21,346 nt of DNA from NCBI GenBank assembly GCA_048886185.1, contig JBHLKY010000022.1, positions 53,964 to 75,309 of the forward strand. The letters are read 5' to 3'. The DNA comes from Candidatus Hermodarchaeota archaeon. Lineage in GTDB: Archaea > Asgardarchaeota > Heimdallarchaeia > Hodarchaeales > Hodarchaeaceae. Positions 16,770-21,346 of this stretch are shown here, in pieces (the first letter of the stretch is position 1; every line of letters begins with the position of its first letter). The notes under the pieces were generated by a model. That model had not been told where the DNA came from. It searched no databases and worked only from the letters and a program-made list of their open reading frames with translations. The translations under genes and the position numbers were made by a program.

Positions 16770-17714
16770 TTAGATGAAAAAGCTACTTAAATATATAAGA
16801 GCTGTTGCCCACCATAAAGACCAGCGTGTATATTTTCTACCCTTGATTGCTGTTTCCAAAGTGGGTTTACGAATTAAAAGGATTGTAGTAACAAATAATA
16901 AGACTACTAAAATGATGAAACCAGTGAAAAATACGAGATTATTCTGAAATCCCAGAAAAAGCAATAAAAAACCAAAAAAAATACTAACGCAATATATAAA
17001 ACCTGAAATCCGTGCTGCCCAATGTGGGCCTAATGAAATTGCAACTGAACGTTTCCCTGTTTGTAAGTCACCTTCAATATCCATTATATCCTTCAAAACT
17101 TCACGACCTAACGCTAAAAACAGTATAAAAAAACAAATCACAATTATGTTAAGAAAAACCCATTCGTTTAAAATACCGATGAGTAATGTTCCCATTAAAA
17201 AAGGAGCAACATACCCTAAACTTACCCAAATATTCCCAATAATCCCATAATCTTTTATTCCTAAGTTGTAACCGACTCCTAATAGAATAAAAAACAATGC
17301 ACAAAGAATTAGTAGAGGAGATAATCCGTAGAATATGACTTCAATTATTGTAATCAGCAAAGCGAGAAAATAAAAAACGATAGCAATGTTTCTTGCCATT
17401 TTTAAGGATATAGATCCTCTTACTAAAGGACGGTCAAACCTGTGGTTCAATACATCACTTGAATAATCAAAGTAATCATTTATTACATGAGTTCCTGCAA
17501 TCATTGAGAAAGGGACGATTAATCCAAGGAGGACACCATCTAAGGGGACAATCTCATTTTTTAGAATGAATTCAACAAAATTCTGAGGCCTGAAATCAGG
17601 TTTAATAATGCCATTTAATCGATAGCTGAGGTACCCAGCAATCATTATGACAATACTGGCAAGAAAGCATAAGCTAATTCGTAACAAATCAGAAATATCT
17701 TTTATTACTGACAT
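16770..17714 (-). CDS. UbiA-family prenyltransferase, probably digeranylgeranylglyceryl phosphate (DGGGP) synthase
   Basis: Asp-rich motifs INDYFDYSSDVLNHRFDRPLVRGSIS and REVLKDIMDIEGDLQTGKRSVAISLG, with multiple TM helices. Confidence 0.88.
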   Translation of the reverse strand: MSVIKDISDLLRISLCFLASIVIMIAGYLSYRLNGIIKPDFRPQNFVEFILKNEIVPLDGVLLGLIVPFSMIAGTHVINDYFDYSSDVLNHRFDRPLVRGSISLKMARNIAIVFYFLALLITIIEVIFYGLSPLLILCALFFILLGVGYNLGIKDYGIIGNIWVSLGYVAPFLMGTLLIGILNEWVFLNIIVICFFILFLALGREVLKDIMDIEGDLQTGKRSVAISLGPHWAARISGFIYCVSIFFGFLLLFLGFQNNLVFFTGFIILVVLLFVTTILLIRKPTLETAIKGRKYTRWSLWWATALIYLSSFFI

Positions 17715-17880
17715 ACAACATTACCAAATATAAAATTTGGACTTTAAATTATATCAACAGTCTATTTACACTGTTAATCAGATGTTCAACCTGCTAAAAA
17801 TCCAATAATTACTTCTAATATATGTTTTATCTTTCACAGGAGATAAGTCTCATCTTCTACAAAGAATAGGATCCTAACAT

Positions 17881-17906
17881 AAAAATAAACAAGAAAGAAA
17901 AAAAGA
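17881..17906 (-). terminator. Oligo-T terminator downstream of the PAC2-family gene
   Basis: aaaaataaacaagaaagaaaaaaaag on + strand, i.e. a T-tract on - strand 35-60 nt after the stop. Confidence 0.5.
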
Positions 17907-17940
17907 GGGAAATATTGAATACTTCAAAGTTAAAGTCTAA

Positions 17941-18720
17941 TTAAATATATGTTGTATCTTTTGGAGGGTGTCCTCCTTCAACATCTATTGCTGCATTAGC
18001 TTGTTCCCTCATTGATAGAGCCATTTGTTCAATTTTTTCAGCTTGTACGAGAATAGGTTCAATTCCTATTTTTAGTGAAGGAATCAACTGGTTCAGTACT
18101 TCAATTACACGAGCAGCCGTGCGAACCTCAGGATAATGTTGTCTGATTTCCCCTAAAATCACGATAACTTCAGAACGATTATACCACCCCTCATTTAACA
18201 ATACTGCGCTCAAACCCTTGATAACTCCATGATCTAATGGTGTAATTTTCTTTTCTCTAAGGAAATTTCTGCAAGATTCTGTGGTACCTATACCAAATAC
18301 TCGATAAGGGAGATCCTGAGGGGATTGAGTGTAATCACTTTTAAATCCTTCTACAGAAACAATACGATCAATTCCTTTCTTTTTAGACCAGTGAAATATT
18401 TTTTTTCCGATTTCCCGAGTAATAGGGGGGTACTGTGGAACCTCTGATGCTAAAAGCGCCACTTTTGCTTCAGAACTTGCATAAATCCGAATTGGGAACT
18501 TAGGCTTGGAATAATACACCACACAAATTGCAGGAATCTGATTACTATCGCCAACTGCCACCTGATCAAGGCTCCATCTACCTTGTCTTCCACTAGATTC
18601 AAGAATAATGTTCGCTGTAATTAAAGCAAGAGCACTAATAGAGGGGAAACATTCAATAAGAGTCCCACCTTTTAGATCAATATCAACAACATCTCGAATT
18701 TCAAAATCATTGGTATCCAT
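17941..18720 (-). CDS. PAC2-family proteasome assembly chaperone (PbaA/PbaB-like)
   Basis: GGTLIECFPSISAL (family LIEGFPGxG), PIRIYA, IVSVEGF, IKGLSAVLL, YPEVRTAARVIEVLN, LVQAEKIE. Start ATG 18720 is preferred over 18732 because a GGTGA lies 5 nt upstream. Confidence 0.88.
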   Translation of the reverse strand: MDTNDFEIRDVVDIDLKGGTLIECFPSISALALITANIILESSGRQGRWSLDQVAVGDSNQIPAICVVYYSKPKFPIRIYASSEAKVALLASEVPQYPPITREIGKKIFHWSKKKGIDRIVSVEGFKSDYTQSPQDLPYRVFGIGTTESCRNFLREKKITPLDHGVIKGLSAVLLNEGWYNRSEVIVILGEIRQHYPEVRTAARVIEVLNQLIPSLKIGIEPILVQAEKIEQMALSMREQANAAIDVEGGHPPKDTTYI

Positions 18721-18725
18721 CACAA

Positions 18726-18730
18726 TCACC
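18726..18730 (-). promoter_or_regulatory. Shine-Dalgarno GGTGA for the PAC2-family gene
   Basis: - strand reads GGTGATTGTG-ATG(18720). Confidence 0.55.
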
Positions 18731-18961
18731 ATAAAAAATTTCTCTTTAAAGTGTAGAAAAAAGCTATAAAAAAGATTCCCTTTTTATGTCAAGATAAGCT
18801 ACTGAAAAGGTTTTAATTTAAAAAATTAATTGAAAGAAATTACCCATTAAGATTGAATCTTTTTTCTGAAAAGTGATGAAAGAATGTGTCTCTAATTATA
18901 AACTCTTCTCGAAGAATAGCCTCATACGACTAATGTTTTTGATAATTCATATTGAATTGTT

Positions 18962-18986
18962 AAGAAAAGAAAAAAAGGAAGAAAAA
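18962..18986 (-). terminator. Oligo-T terminator downstream of cdc48
   Basis: aagaaaagaaaaaaaggaagaaaaa on + strand, i.e. a T-tract on - strand starting ~7 nt after the TAG. Confidence 0.6.
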
Positions 18987-18992
18987 TTGATC

Positions 18993-21194
18993 CTAAACAA
19001 ATGATAAACGATCAACTTCTTCTTGCATTCCTTCAAGCTTTTGTGTAGGAGTAATTCGGCCAGCTTTTCGGGTTCCTAAAATCTTATCAAAAGCTTTCTC
19101 AAAATGTGTAGTTGAGACCTTAAAACTTGTGAAATCTTCTTGTAGCTCTTGTATATGGGGTAGATGTTCTTCTATAGCAATAAGAACAGCCTCATGACAT
19201 AGAGAAGCTATGTCTGCCCCAGAGAAGTTCTCGGTCTTATCACTTAATTTTTCTAAATCTACATCAGCCGCTAAAGGAACCTCTTTTGTATGGATCCTTA
19301 GGATCTCAAGTCGAGCAGGTAAATCAGGAAGACCAATTCCTATTAATTTATCGAACCGACCAGACCGAAGTAAAGCAGGATCAATCATATCAGGACGATT
19401 AGTTGCTGCAATCACTACAACTCCCTTTAATTCTTCTAGACCATCTAATTCAGTTAAAAATTGGCTGATCATCCGTTCTGTCACCCCCGAGTCAAATGAT
19501 TTACCTCTTACAGGAGCTATAGAATCAATTTCATCAAAGAAAATAATACAGGGGGCAGCCTGTCGTGCTTTACGAAACACTTCACGAATACCTTTCTCAG
19601 ATTCACCAACCCATTTTGAAAGTAACTCAGGACCCTTAATACTAATGAAATTAGCCTGTGTTTCATGAGCAACTGCTTTTGCTAAAAGAGTTTTCCCAGT
19701 TCCAGGTGGGCCATAAAGGAGTATCCCCTTAGGCTGTTTTGCTCCCATATGAGAAAAGAATTTAGGGTGTTTAAGAGGAAGTTCTATACTTTGGCGAATT
19801 TCTTGTTTTTCCGCTAGGAGTCCTCCAACATCATCCCAACCAATATTAGGCACTTCAACAAAAACTTCACGCAAAGCAGAGGGTTGAATGCCTAAAAGGG
19901 CCTCATTGAAGTCATTCTGAGAAACTTCGAGCCCACTCAAAATATCAGCTGGAATGGTATCTTCTTCAAGATCCAACTTCGGAATAACTTTCCGTAACGA
20001 ATTCATAGCTGCTTCTTTAACCAATTGTTCGAGATCAGCCCCAACAAATCCATGGGTCACTTCTGAAAGATATTCTAAATTAACATCTTTGGCTAAGGGC
20101 ATTCCTCGCGTATGAATCAACAGAATTTCTTCTCTACCAGGTTTGTTCGGGATTCCTATTTCAATTTCGCGATCAAAACGACCCCCTCGACGTAACGCAG
20201 GATCTAATGCGTTCAATCGGTTAGTAGCTCCTATTACTACCACATCACCACGATCGCTCAAGCCATCCATATTCGATAAAAGCTGAGCTACTACCCGTCG
20301 TTCTACTTCTCCAGTGACTTCTGACCTTTTAGGAGCGATTGAATCTATCTCATCAATAAAGATTATACTAGGAGCATTTTCCTTCGCTTCTTCAAAGAAT
20401 TGTCTAATTCGTTGCTCACTTTCACCATAAAACTTAGACATGAATTCAGGACCAGAAACAGATATAAAATGAGATTCTGTTTCTGTAGCTACGGCTTTAG
20501 CAAGCAAAGTTTTTCCAGTTCCAGGTGGGCCGTGCAATAATACTCCTCGAGGAGGAGTAATTCCAAGACGTTTGAATAGCTCCGGGTGTCTCATTGGGAG
20601 TTCTATCATTTCACGAACTTTCTGAATTTCATCATTTAGTCCTCCAATATCCTCATATCTAACTCTTTGGAATGTCTCTTGTTGTACGTCCTTGACAGGG
20701 GTTTGAGATATGGTGACTCTAGTACTTTCGTGCATTATAGCAGCGTCACCACCTGGTAAGATTTTTGACACAACTAATATAATACGTTGATTATACACAG
20801 GTATTTCTATAAAATCTCCTTTCGTAAGAACACGACCCATCAGAATGTGTTTGAGGTGTCCTTCTCCTCCTTGAATTCGTAAGTTTTGGATTGGTGCAAA
20901 TTCTATACGTGTAGCGATTTTGGGATCAATATGAATAATTTTAATAGTGTCATCTATACCAACACCAGCATTTCGACGTGTGCTACCATCAATCCTAGCA
21001 ATTCCTGTATTTCGATCATTGGGATATCCAGGCCAATAGATAGCAGCAGTTCGACGCTTCCCAATAATTTTAAGTGCATCGCCCGCAGATATATTAAATC
21101 CTTCAGCAATTTCAGGATCAATCCTAATGATTCCCCGTCCCACATCTCTTGCAGCAGCTTCTCTTACTTTACATTCAAATGAATTATTATCCAT
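18993..21194 (-). CDS. cdc48: CDC48/VCP/VAT family AAA+ ATPase
   Basis: N domain ([11 protein letters not shown]), two AAA modules with Walker A GPPGTGKT twice, Walker [11 protein letters not shown] / [10 protein letters not shown], pore loops KFYGESE / KWVGESE, and Arg-finger regions [11 protein letters not shown] / [13 protein letters not shown] 21194 is preferred over GTG 21206, which overlaps the SD. Confidence 0.98.
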   Translation of the reverse strand: MDNNSFECKVREAAARDVGRGIIRIDPEIAEGFNISAGDALKIIGKRRTAAIYWPGYPNDRNTGIARIDGSTRRNAGVGIDDTIKIIHIDPKIATRIEFAPIQNLRIQGGEGHLKHILMGRVLTKGDFIEIPVYNQRIILVVSKILPGGDAAIMHESTRVTISQTPVKDVQQETFQRVRYEDIGGLNDEIQKVREMIELPMRHPELFKRLGITPPRGVLLHGPPGTGKTLLAKAVATETESHFISVSGPEFMSKFYGESEQRIRQFFEEAKENAPSIIFIDEIDSIAPKRSEVTGEVERRVVAQLLSNMDGLSDRGDVVVIGATNRLNALDPALRRGGRFDREIEIGIPNKPGREEILLIHTRGMPLAKDVNLEYLSEVTHGFVGADLEQLVKEAAMNSLRKVIPKLDLEEDTIPADILSGLEVSQNDFNEALLGIQPSALREVFVEVPNIGWDDVGGLLAEKQEIRQSIELPLKHPKFFSHMGAKQPKGILLYGPPGTGKTLLAKAVAHETQANFISIKGPELLSKWVGESEKGIREVFRKARQAAPCIIFFDEIDSIAPVRGKSFDSGVTERMISQFLTELDGLEELKGVVVIAATNRPDMIDPALLRSGRFDKLIGIGLPDLPARLEILRIHTKEVPLAADVDLEKLSDKTENFSGADIASLCHEAVLIAIEEHLPHIQELQEDFTSFKVSTTHFEKAFDKILGTRKAGRITPTQKLEGMQEEVDRLSFV

Positions 21195-21203
21195 TTTATT
21201 TTC

Positions 21204-21211
21204 CACTCCTT
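21204..21211 (-). promoter_or_regulatory. Shine-Dalgarno AGGAG(TG) for cdc48
   Basis: - strand reads aAGGAGTGgaaaataaaATG. Confidence 0.55.
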
Positions 21212-21279
21212 AAGATTTGTAATTATATCATTTATTTACTTATTTATTTAGCCTTATCTAATAATAGGATCTCCATCTG

Positions 21280-21346
21280 TTACTCAACAGCAACTTTAGT
21301 TTTCGGTACTTTTTCAAGTAGAGGGGCTGTTATTGTTAAAATCCCT
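21280..21346 (-). CDS. hsp20: 3' end of small heat-shock protein (Hsp20/alpha-crystallin family), truncated by the window edge
   Basis: - strand 21345->21280 translates GILTITAPLLEKVPKTKVAVE*, matching the alpha-crystallin (N)G-I/V-L-x-I-x-x-P strand and the C-terminal I/V-x-I/V motif (VAV). hsp20 upstream of cdc48 is a known archaeal arrangement. Only 21 codons are visible. Confidence 0.75.
   Translation of the reverse strand, partial: GILTITAPLLEKVPKTKVAVE

Noticed and set aside
18849-18861. Perfect palindrome aagatt-g-aatctt between cdc48 and the PAC2 gene
   Set aside because: Single occurrence, short and AT-rich; expected by chance without a second copy.
19696-20531. 17-nt exact repeat ccagttccaggtgggcc at 19696 and 20515
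   Set aside because: It encodes the two Walker A motifs (GPPGTG) of the D1 and D2 domains, so protein constraint explains it.
19210-21182. + strand ORFs 19210-19668, 20886-21182 and 20954-21145
   Set aside because: Antisense to cdc48; open antisense frames are common opposite conserved AAA genes.
4354-21346. tRNA, rRNA or structured ncRNA in intergenic gaps
   Set aside because: The gaps are short and AT-rich, with no cloverleaf, T-loop consensus or GC-rich stems visible; a covariance-model search would be needed to exclude small RNAs fully.

Overview
AT-rich archaeal window that looks like an Asgard (Asgardarchaeota) genome; Heimdallarchaeia/Hodarchaeales is plausible but cannot be settled from sequence alone. 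The left 13.2 kb is a co-oriented + strand block of four genes. The first two are giant, sequon-rich, single-pass surface proteins with paralogous repeat-built beta-sandwich ectodomains: ORF1 (5'-truncated, >1450 aa) ends in a winged-helix-like tail, and ORF2 (2063 aa) ends in a cytoplasmic longin-like domain. They are followed by a longin + uDENN-like + coiled-coil protein and a gelsolin-family protein (two gelsolin domains, Pro-rich linker, extra C-terminal domain). This block is the best candidate for an undescribed system: a surface receptor linked to small-GTPase regulation and the actin cytoskeleton. The right part is mostly housekeeping: a GPH/MFS sugar symporter, serS, a small hypothetical and, on the - strand, a UbiA/DGGGP synthase, a PAC2-family proteasome chaperone, cdc48 and the 3' end of an hsp20 gene that the ORF track missed. 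No tRNA, rRNA, CRISPR array, transposase or reverse transcriptase was recognised.
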